Shown piece by piece: positions 18,144 to 27,631 of a stretch of DNA of 64,000 bases. The stretch spans positions 1 through 64,000 of the IMG/VR virus record IMGVR_UViG_3300013132_000028. One strand, written 5' to 3'. The stretch is from a virus. The translations under genes and the position numbers were made by a program. Below the pieces are notes generated by a model that worked only from the letters and a program-made list of their open reading frames with translations, was not told the DNA's origin and searched no databases. The stretch's first letter is position 1, and every line of letters begins with the position of its first letter.

Positions 18144-18458
18144 TTACTGTTGTTGTTGTTGTTGTTGTTGTTCCCTCTCCATGCTGCCGACTTCGTACCC
18201 GCAGCCGGCGTATCCAGCTATGTCTACCCAAGTGTCTGGCTTGTACGGAATACCAGGACCTACGTCCCTTGACAGTTTAACCAGGATTAGCGCGGTTGCT
18301 ACGTCGCGTCTGCTGAACTTGCGCCCAAACGCCGTACTCCAGAACTCTGCAATGCGTCCAAAGTTTTCATACGGACCGCCGTAGTCCGCGTCTCTGGTCC
18401 CCGAGATTAGGCTAGCGGCTTCCCTGAGAGCCTCTACTCTCAGCGCGTCCTGGCTCAT
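18144..18458 (-). CDS. DUF6378-like protein (putative nucleotide-related) with poly-Gln tail
   Basis: EAxxLIxGxRxxDYGxPxENFxRIAxxWS...DTWVDIAGYA. Confidence 0.7.
   Translation of the reverse strand: MSQDALRVEALREAASLISGTRDADYGGPYENFGRIAEFWSTAFGRKFSRRDVATALILVKLSRDVGPGIPYKPDTWVDIAGYAGCGYEVGSMEREQQQQQQQQ
18147..18170 (-). repeat. (CAA)7CAG microsatellite encoding Q8
   Basis: Seen directly, immediately before the stop codon. Confidence 0.9.
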
Positions 18459-18880
18459 ACTGCTACTCTTTTTTCAAGAACGTGAGGTGAAAAATGCGTG
18501 CCTTCTAGGACCGGCGTCTGTCCATCTACGCTATTTACGATCACGTCGCCGTATCTAATTGCCACGACTCTAGCAACCCTCCCGTTGTGCACTACTCCAG
18601 TGCTGCCCGTGAATGCGTCTAGTTTTATCCGCACTTCGTCTCCTACGCTAATTTGTCCAGGCCCGGTTGCGGCCCAGGTCGTGTCTTGCTCTTTTACTAG
18701 CACATGTCTCTTTGCTAGCTTAGAAAAGTAGCTTAAAGTTTGGTCTGCGACGTCTTCTTTCATTTTTTCAGACGCAACGTCCCACACTTCAAGCAGCTTG
18801 AGTACGGTGTCTCCCACAGCTTTTCGTGCTTTTACACTCTGAAGCTGTTGTAGAACCCAGTCTTTTTCTTGCTGTTTCAC
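18455..18880 (-). CDS. Hypothetical protein with SH3/KOW-like C-terminus
   Basis: ISVGDEVRI...HNGRVARVVAIRYGDVIV; coupled start/stop overlaps. Confidence 0.6.
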   Translation of the reverse strand: MKQQEKDWVLQQLQSVKARKAVGDTVLKLLEVWDVASEKMKEDVADQTLSYFSKLAKRHVLVKEQDTTWAATGPGQISVGDEVRIKLDAFTGSTGVVHNGRVARVVAIRYGDVIVNSVDGQTPVLEGTHFSPHVLEKRVAV

Positions 18881-19353
18881 GTGTCACTCCGTTCTTTTTG
18901 CTTGTTTGGACAGACAGACTCTCTGCACTGTTCTGTGTCAAAGTCGTCTAACGCCCTGCTGCATTGACTGCACTTTACACCTTCAGCTCTTACTTTGTAA
19001 CCGTCTAGCTGACGTTTTTTGTTTTTTTCCATTTTCTGCAGGTAGAGCTTGTTTAGCTCCGCGTCGGTACCGCCGGCAGCCACGATCATATTTGCTATAA
19101 AGTGCAGTACATCTACCGCTTCTTTGAGTATCTCCTCGCGGTCTGCGTACGGCGAGTCGTGCTGCCACGGCTTCCACGATATGGCCTGACGCATTTCAGC
19201 TAGCTCGTCGTCCACTGCGAGCATATTCCAGCGCATGTACTCAACTAAGTTGCGAATTTTGCGTGGGTCATTACCCGACATTTCGTCAAAGTTGATGTAG
19301 TACACTTCCTTCTGTAGTCTTTTTGTCATGTCCAGCCATCTGTTGAACAGCAT
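18877..19353 (-). CDS. All-alpha dimeric dUTPase/dCTPase (MazG-like superfamily)
   Basis: DELAE...WKPW...EAVDVLHF...YLQKMEKNKKRQ; C-terminal Cys cluster; start probably ATG 19353. Confidence 0.8.
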   Translation of the reverse strand: MLFNRWLDMTKRLQKEVYYINFDEMSGNDPRKIRNLVEYMRWNMLAVDDELAEMRQAISWKPWQHDSPYADREEILKEAVDVLHFIANMIVAAGGTDAELNKLYLQKMEKNKKRQLDGYKVRAEGVKCSQCSRALDDFDTEQCRESVCPNKQKERSDT

Positions 19354-19355
19354 TC

Positions 19356-20387
19356 TTACACCACCCCTACTAGTTGATCTTGTAGACAAATTGCCAGGTG
19401 CGACGAGGCAGCCAGCGTGCTGGGCACGGCTTCTGCGTACGTAACTCTCTGTCGAATAGCCATTTCGTACCGCTCTAGCTTATCCATACTTTCCACGGCG
19501 GACGGCAGCGTAACCCAATCAGACCCAAGCCCGGCAGAGTTTCGCCAGTCTGTGAGCACGGGCGTATTTATTGCCAAGCTCTGCGCTAGTTTGTTTGTCC
19601 ACCAGGGAATACCGTTTCTGTATGTGCTAACTAGTAGACCGATTGCTCCGGCAACTACAGCTAAAACTTCTGAGTCGCTGCTTTTTGGATGTTTTTTTAC
19701 TGGCACGATCATGTGGTGCAGCTGCTTGCTTACCTCGTCAATCCAGTCCGTGTTTAGCGTCGTTGCGCACCACCAGCTAGCGCTCGACTTGGCTGTTGCT
19801 GGTTTGACAGTGTCTCGCAGAATAAATGCGTCTAGACAGACCGAAAAAAGATTGCTGCTGCAAAGTGCAGGAATTTGTGATACTAAGTGTTCATCTTCTG
19901 ACCACGGCAGCGCCGCGTACATGGTTTTTGGCCAGGGGTTATTCAATAAATTGAGTACTGTTCTTACTAAACGTTTGTAGTGCGCTGGTTCTGTTGCCTT
20001 TGCATACTCGTATCTATTTTTGTAGAAAGGCTTTACCAGACTTTCCGTAGAACGCTCTACCGTTTTTAGGCTGGTCCAAATCTTGTACGGCTCGGGCGCG
20101 TCGACTAGCAGCGTGAGTCTGGGATCGTTCTGGAGAACATCTAGCGCCCCTAGTGCTCCGTACGCTCTATGGGCAGAAGTACTCGTGAGAGGCGCAATGC
20201 CCACTACTACGCTCTCGTACTTTTCAAAGTCTTTTTCTGTCCACTCTAAAGACGGAGCAAGTTGCTCTACGTTCCAGCCGTGTTCTGTCAGCGCAGTACG
20301 CATTAGACTGCTGAAGCTCTGCGTTCTTTTGTTGAGCCTCTCGGAAGTGTGTTGCGCGGTCATACCGGTTAAAAGTACGTTTTTCAT
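19356..20387 (-). CDS. Putative GT-B DNA glycosyltransferase
   Basis: Two Rossmann-like halves; WWTNKLAQSLAINTPVLTD resembles the GT-B donor-binding motif; located in the nucleotide-modification block. Confidence 0.5.
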   Translation of the reverse strand: MKNVLLTGMTAQHTSERLNKRTQSFSSLMRTALTEHGWNVEQLAPSLEWTEKDFEKYESVVVGIAPLTSTSAHRAYGALGALDVLQNDPRLTLLVDAPEPYKIWTSLKTVERSTESLVKPFYKNRYEYAKATEPAHYKRLVRTVLNLLNNPWPKTMYAALPWSEDEHLVSQIPALCSSNLFSVCLDAFILRDTVKPATAKSSASWWCATTLNTDWIDEVSKQLHHMIVPVKKHPKSSDSEVLAVVAGAIGLLVSTYRNGIPWWTNKLAQSLAINTPVLTDWRNSAGLGSDWVTLPSAVESMDKLERYEMAIRQRVTYAEAVPSTLAASSHLAICLQDQLVGVV

Positions 20388-20599
20388 TTAGCATCACTCT
20401 CTAATTTGTCTATAGCTTCTAAAACTATTTTTGCTTCTGTAAAGCAAATTTCCCACCATTTTTTGTAGGATTCACTGTCCATCGGCTCAATTGACGGCCA
20501 CCAGTACTTCCAGAGGGCGCGAGCAGCCGTGGACAGGCGTACGTCTTTGTTCTCCAATTTAGGTTCTTGCATTGGTGTCTTTCCGTTAAAGTAAAGCAA
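20384..20599 (-). CDS. Hypothetical protein (start may be ATG 20572)
   Basis: Short co-oriented ORF that overlaps the next start. Confidence 0.45.
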   Translation of the reverse strand: MLYFNGKTPMQEPKLENKDVRLSTAARALWKYWWPSIEPMDSESYKKWWEICFTEAKIVLEAIDKLESDAK

Positions 20600-20610
20600 C
20601 GTTAATAAAC

Positions 20611-20653
20611 TAGAGCTCTCGTCGTGAGCATGTGCAGCACGACGAGTTCTCTA
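20611..20653 (-). terminator. Hairpin / probable terminator after the SSB gene
   Basis: CTCGTCGTG/CACGACGAG inverted repeat extended by TAGAG/CTCTA; weak T-rich tail on the minus strand. Confidence 0.55.
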
Positions 20654-20663
20654 TGTGTTCCTT

Positions 20664-21197
20664 TTAGAACGGTGCAGGTGGTGCCTTTACGCTTGCCGGT
20701 GCCGGTGCCGGTGCCGGTGCAGGTGCCGGAGCTGGTGCCGGAGCAGCCGCTGCCGGCGCCATTGCTGCGGCTGGAGAAGCCGCTGCGTTTACCGCAAGAT
20801 TGAAGTAGTTTCTTATCTCGTTCTTTTTCTGGCCTTGCCAGGTTCTGCTCCCAATAGTTCCGCGGAACTTTTTTCCGACCATTGCCGCCTCGATTTGCGC
20901 GTTGGTTGGATTTTGTGCAAAGTAATCTCGGTTTAGGCCTAGGGCATACATCTTGCGAAAGAAAATGCCAAGAGCTGCCTGATTTTCCGGAGAAATTACT
21001 AAGTTGTCCCAGACGAGGCGCTTGTTATGCGCGCCTCCTTGAACTTGTGCCTTGATGGCAAACATGGTTTTACCAGACTGTGAAACTTTTGCAGTGGCTT
21101 CTAACACTACTAAGTCGTAGTCACCGTCTGGAAGTGGATCAAGAGAGCCGGTGTCTCCGGCATCTTTTACTAGGTCTCCCCAGTTAAGCGTGCTCAT
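20664..21197 (-). CDS. Single-stranded DNA-binding protein (DUF669-like)
   Basis: PLPDGDY...SGKTM...VWDNLV...KNEI; adjacent to AAA_24 ATPase; (PA)n tail. Confidence 0.75.
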   Translation of the reverse strand: MSTLNWGDLVKDAGDTGSLDPLPDGDYDLVVLEATAKVSQSGKTMFAIKAQVQGGAHNKRLVWDNLVISPENQAALGIFFRKMYALGLNRDYFAQNPTNAQIEAAMVGKKFRGTIGSRTWQGQKKNEIRNYFNLAVNAAASPAAAMAPAAAAPAPAPAPAPAPAPAPASVKAPPAPF

Positions 21198-21206
21198 ATT
21201 TCTCCT

Positions 21207-21986
21207 TTAAGCGCTTAGCGCGGTTGTGGGTGGTTGTACTACTGCTGGCTGCTTTGGACCGAAAACTATGTCTAGCATGTTTTCAATCCCCAGATTTTCT
21301 TGTTCTACGATTTTGCCAAGGCGTCCTTGAACACGTTCGCCTGCCTCGTATTGATTTGTTCTCTCTATGTACATACGTCGTACTTTCAGAGAACCTACTT
21401 GTGTCGGGTCAGGATTAGGAAACTCCTCGACCGTGATAGCTCCGAGTAGATCGTAAAAGTACGGAGCTTGGATTGCTAGCTGTCCCTGTAGGTAAGGACG
21501 ATACCTTCCGTCCGTAGCGGGTCTGGCCATTGCGGTCAGTACTACAGCTTCCAGTGGTGCGGTTGGGTGCATAGTCAGGTCACGTAGGTCACGCAGTAGA
21601 GCCCCCATGTGACGAAGCAGTTCTCCCCACTGTTGCTGGCTCATTTGCTGTTTGCCAGCAATGTTTTCGAGGCACTTAACCTGCAGCTCGCTCACTGAGT
21701 CAATGATTAGCGATTTGAATTGGTGTCTACCAATTTGAAGCCACTGATAGGCCTTCAACACGGTGTCGTAGTCACGAACTTGTACTACACACGTGTCCCA
21801 GGTGCCGTCTGCTATTGGCGGTTCCTCGCGCAGTGGATCCCAGTATTTAACGACTATAGGTAAAAATCTATGGCCGCCTTCGACGTCTAACATCAGTCTC
21901 GGATATGGAGCTGTTACTGCAAAAGTAGACTTACCAACTTTACTTTCGCCGTACACCATCATCGTTAACGATCTTTGTACCGTCAT
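21207..21986 (-). CDS. AAA_24 / Sak4-like recombination ATPase
   Basis: Walker A YGESKVGKST, LDVEGG, Walker B IIDSVSE. Confidence 0.85.
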   Translation of the reverse strand: MTVQRSLTMMVYGESKVGKSTFAVTAPYPRLMLDVEGGHRFLPIVVKYWDPLREEPPIADGTWDTCVVQVRDYDTVLKAYQWLQIGRHQFKSLIIDSVSELQVKCLENIAGKQQMSQQQWGELLRHMGALLRDLRDLTMHPTAPLEAVVLTAMARPATDGRYRPYLQGQLAIQAPYFYDLLGAITVEEFPNPDPTQVGSLKVRRMYIERTNQYEAGERVQGRLGKIVEQENLGIENMLDIVFGPKQPAVVQPPTTALSA

Positions 21987-21989
21987 ACG

Positions 21990-22922
21990 TCATTCACTTC
22001 CTTTCTTATTGTCACTTTCGTAGTAAGCATACGGGTCGGCGACCTCGTACATTTCACTGATTGCCTGCTCGGCGGCGCTTCCGTCGTCGATCATGTTGCA
22101 TACAGCGAAAAACTGACACTTCCAGTTGCAGTCTCGGCTCGGCCGCGGGTAGGCGACAAAGTTTGGATCAGCACCGTCATCTAGTGATTTTCTAGTCTGC
22201 ATGATGTCAGATATGACACCGTGAAGTCTAGCCCAAAAAGACCTTAAAGTAAACACGTTGTGCCTTACTTCTATTTGCTGGTAGAAGGGTGGCTTAGCCG
22301 TGGCGGCTCTCTTTACTTTCTTCAGCATGGTAAATATGCCTCCGTCGCACCGCTCGTCTTGCTTGTTTTTAGACGACTCTAAAACCATGTAGGTCATGAT
22401 CTGCTCGTTCATGTGCGCCATGCGGGTAAAGTCGGTAAAAGAGCCACCGACGGTCTTAAAGTCACGGAACATACGTGTTCCGTCTGCCTTGCGACGTACT
22501 CTCATGTCTAGCTTTCCTTGCAGCTCTACAGCACCGTTGAACAGCGGCATAGAAATTTTTTCCTCGCTTGACAAAAACTCTAGCTCGGCGTCGACACCCT
22601 CTTCTTCTACCCACTGAAGATAGCCTTCCAGCATTAGCCTGCCTAGCTCTGCTTCCCCGTCTAGGTCGGTAGTGTCGCGCATAGTTTCAATTAACTTTTG
22701 TCGGTCCGTCTCGACCAGCTTGGTATGCGCCTCCAACAGCGGCACACCGTTTGCGTAGTAATTTTCTAGTGCTGAGTGTATACGACTTCCCAGCGCCAGT
22801 GCGCCAGTTATGTCTCTCTGCGCCGGCTGTAGTCTTCTGTAGTACGAAAGCCACCACTTTCTCCGGCAGTCTTTGAACGTTTGTATTTCCGAGTTGGAAA
22901 GTCTGAGCACGTTGTCAGTCAT
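21990..22922 (-). CDS. PD-(D/E)xK (Cas4/RecB-like) exonuclease
   Basis: LSNSE...CRRKW, GSRIH, GKLD...DFKT, CxWxCxFxxxC. Confidence 0.85.
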   Translation of the reverse strand: MTDNVLRLSNSEIQTFKDCRRKWWLSYYRRLQPAQRDITGALALGSRIHSALENYYANGVPLLEAHTKLVETDRQKLIETMRDTTDLDGEAELGRLMLEGYLQWVEEEGVDAELEFLSSEEKISMPLFNGAVELQGKLDMRVRRKADGTRMFRDFKTVGGSFTDFTRMAHMNEQIMTYMVLESSKNKQDERCDGGIFTMLKKVKRAATAKPPFYQQIEVRHNVFTLRSFWARLHGVISDIMQTRKSLDDGADPNFVAYPRPSRDCNWKCQFFAVCNMIDDGSAAEQAISEMYEVADPYAYYESDNKKGSE

Positions 22923-22949
22923 TTTTTCTCCTAGCGTCTCTGCGGTTTT

Positions 22950-24752
22950 TCACAGTCTTCCTGCCTTTTCGTCCTTTAACATTGCAAGCAGCTTGGCTCT
23001 GTCCCGAACTATCTCGTCAAAATTGTCTGCCTTGGTGTCGAGCACCTCTATTACGCGCTCTTCCACGGTGTTTTCAGTTACATAGTCAATTATTGAAATT
23101 GAGTCGTGCACCTCTGAGCCAATACGGTGAACCCTGTCCATAGCTTGTTTGTAGTCAACTAGTGACCACGGCCGCTGCAGCATTACCAGTCTTCGTGCCG
23201 CGCTGAGCGTGATTCCCACGCCGCCAGCCTGTGCGGTAAACAGTAGCCATTTGGTATTGCCAGACTGAAAGTCGTCAATTGACTTTTGACGTTCGTCCTC
23301 GTCCTGGCTGCCTGTGACTAGTCCGTGTTTTATGTCTAGCTTTGTAAGACGTGCGCTAAGCAGTTCTATTAGTTGTCTGGACACGGCGCAGACGGCAACA
23401 GAATCCTCGCCAAAGTCACCGTTCTCTATGTCTTCTATCAACGCGTCGACTTTACACGACGGCTCGACTAAAATTGCCTTTGTTTCTCCGCTTTCTGCGT
23501 CGGTGCTTATCGTGGCGTAGGAACTGGCAAACTGTAACAATCTAGTAGTCTGAGTAAGAGCGCTTGGCGCAGTTAAAGCCTCCCCATTTTCTAGCTCGGC
23601 AATCATCGTGTCACGCATCTGCTCATACGCTTTTTTCTGCTTAGTGGACATTTCAACGTCCCTGCGCTCTTTCATGATTGGCGGCAGCCATTTAAGAACC
23701 TGTTGTTTTAGCATGCGGCGCATACGCGGATTTATGGACTTGTAAAACTCATCTTGCATGTGTGGCTTAACACCAAGTACGGTCATACCACCGAAGGCGT
23801 TGAGCATCGTGTCAACCATTCGGTCTACCCACTTAGTCTTGCTAGGCCACTCTTCTGGCGACAGCCAGTGCAAAATTGCCCACAAGTCTAGTACGTTATT
23901 TGCAATTGGAGTGCCGGTCAGTGCAAATCTAAACTGAGCGTCTCCGGTTGCCGCCCACAACGCTCTGGTTTGCTTACTGCGCGGGTCTTTTGACCTATGA
24001 ATCTCGTCTGCCACAACAGTGTTAAACTCTATGTTGTTCAGCTCTCTAGGCCTAACTTCACAGCGCGCTTCAGTTACTCTTTCGTCATGTCCGCCGTACT
24101 CTGGACTTCTGGCTAGTGCTATTGAGCCGTACGGTGCAAGCCTAGAGTGCGCACGCAGCGCCTCCCAGTTGATAATGTAAACCTGCGTGTCGGGCTCTTC
24201 TAATTGCCTGCGTCTTTGCAGCGCGGAGCCCTTAACTACCTGCGTTACCACGCCAGGCCACCACATTTCAAACTCTCTTGCCCAATTCTTTTTCAGCGTG
24301 TTTGGGCAAACCACTAAAGTTGGAAATACTGACTCACCGCGGTCGTGAAGCAGCTTCATTGCATGTATTGCCTGAGCGGTCTTTCCGAGCCCGGGCTCGT
24401 CGGCTAGTAATGCTTTGCGTGCTGTGGCTAAAAACTGTACGCCGGCACGTTGGTAAGGAAACAGTCTTTCTGCACCCTGGCCGTCTTCCGCCTCGCGGAG
24501 TGCCAGCGAAGGAGTGACTCTGTCTAAAACTTCTGTCGCGGCCCAACCGGCGAGTGCGTCCCCAATAATGAGCTGGTCGCGAAATGTGGACCTCAAAGCA
24601 AGGCAGCTACTCCAACTAAGGGGCACGCGCCAAACCTTGTCCGTGGTCGACCACGTGGCTCCTGGGATGCCTTTACAGAGCTCCTTATAGCGCCATTCCG
24701 CCGTTATTAGAATAGACGCTTTGCTAGGGTCTACGTCTACTGTGACTGACAT
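22950..24752 (-). CDS. SNF2-family helicase
   Basis: ADEPGLGKT, DEIH, LTGTP, GITL, QAMDRVHRIG; GAGGAG RBS. Confidence 0.9.
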   Translation of the reverse strand: MSVTVDVDPSKASILITAEWRYKELCKGIPGATWSTTDKVWRVPLSWSSCLALRSTFRDQLIIGDALAGWAATEVLDRVTPSLALREAEDGQGAERLFPYQRAGVQFLATARKALLADEPGLGKTAQAIHAMKLLHDRGESVFPTLVVCPNTLKKNWAREFEMWWPGVVTQVVKGSALQRRRQLEEPDTQVYIINWEALRAHSRLAPYGSIALARSPEYGGHDERVTEARCEVRPRELNNIEFNTVVADEIHRSKDPRSKQTRALWAATGDAQFRFALTGTPIANNVLDLWAILHWLSPEEWPSKTKWVDRMVDTMLNAFGGMTVLGVKPHMQDEFYKSINPRMRRMLKQQVLKWLPPIMKERRDVEMSTKQKKAYEQMRDTMIAELENGEALTAPSALTQTTRLLQFASSYATISTDAESGETKAILVEPSCKVDALIEDIENGDFGEDSVAVCAVSRQLIELLSARLTKLDIKHGLVTGSQDEDERQKSIDDFQSGNTKWLLFTAQAGGVGITLSAARRLVMLQRPWSLVDYKQAMDRVHRIGSEVHDSISIIDYVTENTVEERVIEVLDTKADNFDEIVRDRAKLLAMLKDEKAGRL

Positions 24753-24785
24753 GCACTGCTCCTCGTCTTTCGTCTCTGTACGTAC

Positions 24786-24796
24786 ATACTACCATG
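24786..24796 (-). promoter_or_regulatory. Putative extended -10 promoter (TGGTAGTAT) upstream of the helicase
   Basis: TGnTAnnnT in the intergenic gap; similar GTAnnnT elements near 16630, 49245 and 53480. Confidence 0.4.
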
Positions 24797-24836
24797 AACC
24801 AACAAAAAAATTTAACTTATTTACGACAGTATCTTT

Positions 24837-25337
24837 CTAGCACTCCAGCAGGGCTTTCGGCACCCAGCCGGCTTTAACCAGTCGTAATAGACCGTGCCTT
24901 ATGGCGTCTAAAGCGTGGCCGTCTCCCCCCACATGCCAGTAGCCAAGCTTCTTTAGCGCTTCGTTCGGGAACATGTTCTTCGCGTCCGACGGCGCTTGCA
25001 TTGCCAGTCCTGGCAGGTAGTGGTCTATTCTGTTGAGATGTTTTTCCATGTCTTTCAGCGCCTGTTTGAGAATGCCTATCTGCTCTAAACTGTAGGGTGC
25101 TTGGCTGTTCTTTACCGTCTGGGCGTTTATGGTAAATCGCTCGCACGCCACCAACAGTCTGTCGGCCTGATTGTACATGCTCACGTAAATCATTCCTCTA
25201 ATGGTGTCTGCGTACTTGTCAAAGTCAGTTTCGTACGAGTGCATAAGCACGGGCACCCCGTCTTTATAGTGGAATAGAGCTATACCGCTCACTTTGCCCG
25301 GGTCTACGGCCAGCACAAACGTGTTTAATTCTGTCAT
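24837..25337 (-). CDS. ruvC: RuvC-like Holliday junction resolvase
   Basis: LAVDPGKVSG, CERF, HALDAIRH. Confidence 0.75.
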   Translation of the reverse strand: MTELNTFVLAVDPGKVSGIALFHYKDGVPVLMHSYETDFDKYADTIRGMIYVSMYNQADRLLVACERFTINAQTVKNSQAPYSLEQIGILKQALKDMEKHLNRIDHYLPGLAMQAPSDAKNMFPNEALKKLGYWHVGGDGHALDAIRHGLLRLVKAGWVPKALLEC

Positions 25338-27157
25338 TTGTATTTATCTCCCCATGTCTCTAGTGGTCCTTCCACGCCTGCAGTTAGTGGAACTTCCCAG
25401 TTGTCTTTGGTAGTCATGCACTCACGAACGGTCTCCATGACGTCCCTGGCGTCCTCCCTGCGGGCCTGCAGCACAATTTCGTCGTGCACTGGCACAATTA
25501 AATTTTCCGTAAGGTCGGCTTGGTCCAACTTTATCAGGTTTTGTTTGAAAACCTCGGCTGCTCCGCCCTGTATCAGGTAGTTTACCAAAGTGTAAACTCT
25601 GTCCTCGTCGCAGGGCAACCTTCGTCCAGTCCACGTATACACGTAGCCCTGGCCCTCGTCTTTTAGTCTGCGCATACCGGCGTCCTCTATTTTTCTCTGA
25701 AACATGGCCATGCCTGGGTAGCGCTGGTCAAACGCGTCTGAGACCGCTCGCATCTGTCCTTCGGGTACTCCCGCTGTTAGTGCCTGTTTTGCGACTCCTG
25801 CGCCGTACAATCTCCCGTACACGGTGCCTTTTATTAAGTTTCTGCGCTTGTCTGTTCTTTGCATGCTCGGGTCGTTGTATATCTCTCTGCCTATTTCTGT
25901 AAACGGGTCCGAGTTAGTGGCGTCTGCACGATTAAACAGTGTTATTAGGTTTGTGTCAGTAGACAGGGAAGCAAACATTCTGAACTCAACCTGGTCTAAG
26001 TCCGAGGTAATAATTACATGGTCTTCGTCTTTTGGAATAAACGCTGTGCGCACTACCTCGTCGCCCTTTGGTAATGTTTGCAGCGCCGGAGCCTGTATTG
26101 ACATTCTTGACGTCCTGGCTCCTAGAGTCTTTACTGACGGGTGCACGAACCCGTTTACGTTGTCGTTTAGAAAGTTTGCAAAGTAAGTATTAGCTAGTTT
26201 GTCTGCTTTGCGTTGCTTTAGTACTAGAGAGGCCAGCTCTTTTACCTCTTCGTTTCCCTCTATCTGTAGTAGCTTCAGCTGGTCCTTGGTGCAGGCCTTC
26301 TGTCCGCTTGGAGTCAGCTCCGTAATTTCTGCGCCTAGAGACTCAAAGAGTCTAGTAAGCTGCGTATTACTAGTTATCGAAACACCGTTGTACTTAGTGT
26401 CTGCCCAGTCTTTTACTTGACCAGAATAGTTTATCAACTCGTCGTACTTTTTGCGTGAGTACTCCAAGTCAACTTTTGCGCCGTTTATTTCCATGCGTGT
26501 GACTATTTTTCTTGCATTCATCTCTAGTTCATAGGGTTTGTTGTATCTCTGCCCCGGTCCGCAGTCTTTGTAAAACTGATGCCAGAGACGCGTAGTCAGC
26601 ACGCAGTCAAGTGCACCGTATGCCCAGTAAGGCTGAAAGCTAGTTGGCACGGTTCCCCAAGTCCAGCCATTCTTGGCCATCTCTATGTCCAGGTTTTCCT
26701 GTAGCGCCACGGCTTTTCCGTCTATGTGCAGCGCGGCAAGACGCTTAAGCGCGCCCGAGCCTAGCGGATCTATGATGTGAGCCATAATCATGGTGTCGTG
26801 CGCTTGGTGCCACGGCAGTTTCCAACGAGACTGTATGTCAAACCAACGTGCTTCAAACGCGACGTTGTGAAAAATTATTGGACCCTCGTAGTTTTCTATA
26901 GCCTGGTAGAAGACACCGCCCCACTCGTTCCACGGTATTGCCCAAGCTTGTTCACTATCCCCTACTTGCACGAGGCGTAGCTGCCCGTGCCAAGGCGAAA
27001 GTGCGTGTGCACGTACACCCCCCGGACGCTCTCCGGTTTCAGTGTCTACAGCAATGGCATCTAGCGGCCTGCGTTGACCAATCCAGTGGATAAACTCGGA
27101 AGCCTTTTCAGCCGTGTCTACCAGGTGTAATTTAACTTCGTTCATAGAAACTGTCAT
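25334..27157 (-). CDS. polA: Family A DNA polymerase with 3'-5' exonuclease
   Basis: Exonuclease motifs DTET, HNxxF, YGALD; motif A DLDQVEFR, motif B KGTVYGRLYG, motif C VHDE; start probably ATG 27157. Confidence 0.95.
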   Translation of the reverse strand: MTVSMNEVKLHLVDTAEKASEFIHWIGQRRPLDAIAVDTETGERPGGVRAHALSPWHGQLRLVQVGDSEQAWAIPWNEWGGVFYQAIENYEGPIIFHNVAFEARWFDIQSRWKLPWHQAHDTMIMAHIIDPLGSGALKRLAALHIDGKAVALQENLDIEMAKNGWTWGTVPTSFQPYWAYGALDCVLTTRLWHQFYKDCGPGQRYNKPYELEMNARKIVTRMEINGAKVDLEYSRKKYDELINYSGQVKDWADTKYNGVSITSNTQLTRLFESLGAEITELTPSGQKACTKDQLKLLQIEGNEEVKELASLVLKQRKADKLANTYFANFLNDNVNGFVHPSVKTLGARTSRMSIQAPALQTLPKGDEVVRTAFIPKDEDHVIITSDLDQVEFRMFASLSTDTNLITLFNRADATNSDPFTEIGREIYNDPSMQRTDKRRNLIKGTVYGRLYGAGVAKQALTAGVPEGQMRAVSDAFDQRYPGMAMFQRKIEDAGMRRLKDEGQGYVYTWTGRRLPCDEDRVYTLVNYLIQGGAAEVFKQNLIKLDQADLTENLIVPVHDEIVLQARREDARDVMETVRECMTTKDNWEVPLTAGVEGPLETWGDKYK

Positions 27158-27621
27158 ACCATTTCCGACACTTCCATGCTGCACTTACGTAAATAAGTAA
27201 CAACACTTTCTGGGTTTCTATGTGCATCATTTTTAGTTTTAAGCAACACTACTCTGTTTAACCCGGAGTTAGATACCGCTTTTGCACAGTTCATGCACAT
27301 GGAGCTGTTTACGTACACGGTTCCGCCTTCTACTCTGGACCGGTCTACATACATTAAGGCGTTCATCTCGGCGTGGATGGCTGGACATTCTTCATAGCTG
27401 TTGTCAAGCGGCGCCTCACCTCTGGCGCGCTTACACCAGTTTATGCAGTCAGAGTCTTCGGGCCAAGTTGCTGCGGGGCCGTTGTATCCAGTAGAGGCAA
27501 TTCGACCGTTTGCTGAAACTATGACTGCGCCAATTTGAGCACGAGAACACCGACTTCTACGCCCGATCGCAATAGCCACCTGCATCCACGTTTCGTCCCA
27601 AGTTGGCCTAGGGGTGTTCAC
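27154..27621 (-). CDS. dCMP deaminase-family protein
   Basis: RSxC, TGYNG, HAExNA, CxxC. Confidence 0.9.
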   Translation of the reverse strand: MNTPRPTWDETWMQVAIAIGRRSRCSRAQIGAVIVSANGRIASTGYNGPAATWPEDSDCINWCKRARGEAPLDNSYEECPAIHAEMNALMYVDRSRVEGGTVYVNSSMCMNCAKAVSNSGLNRVVLLKTKNDAHRNPESVVTYLRKCSMEVSEMV

Positions 27622-27631
27622 CTGTTGCTAC

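Noticed and set aside
21990-22922. Cas4-like gene as part of a CRISPR system
   Set aside because: No repeat-spacer array or other cas genes; it sits in a standard phage recombination module.
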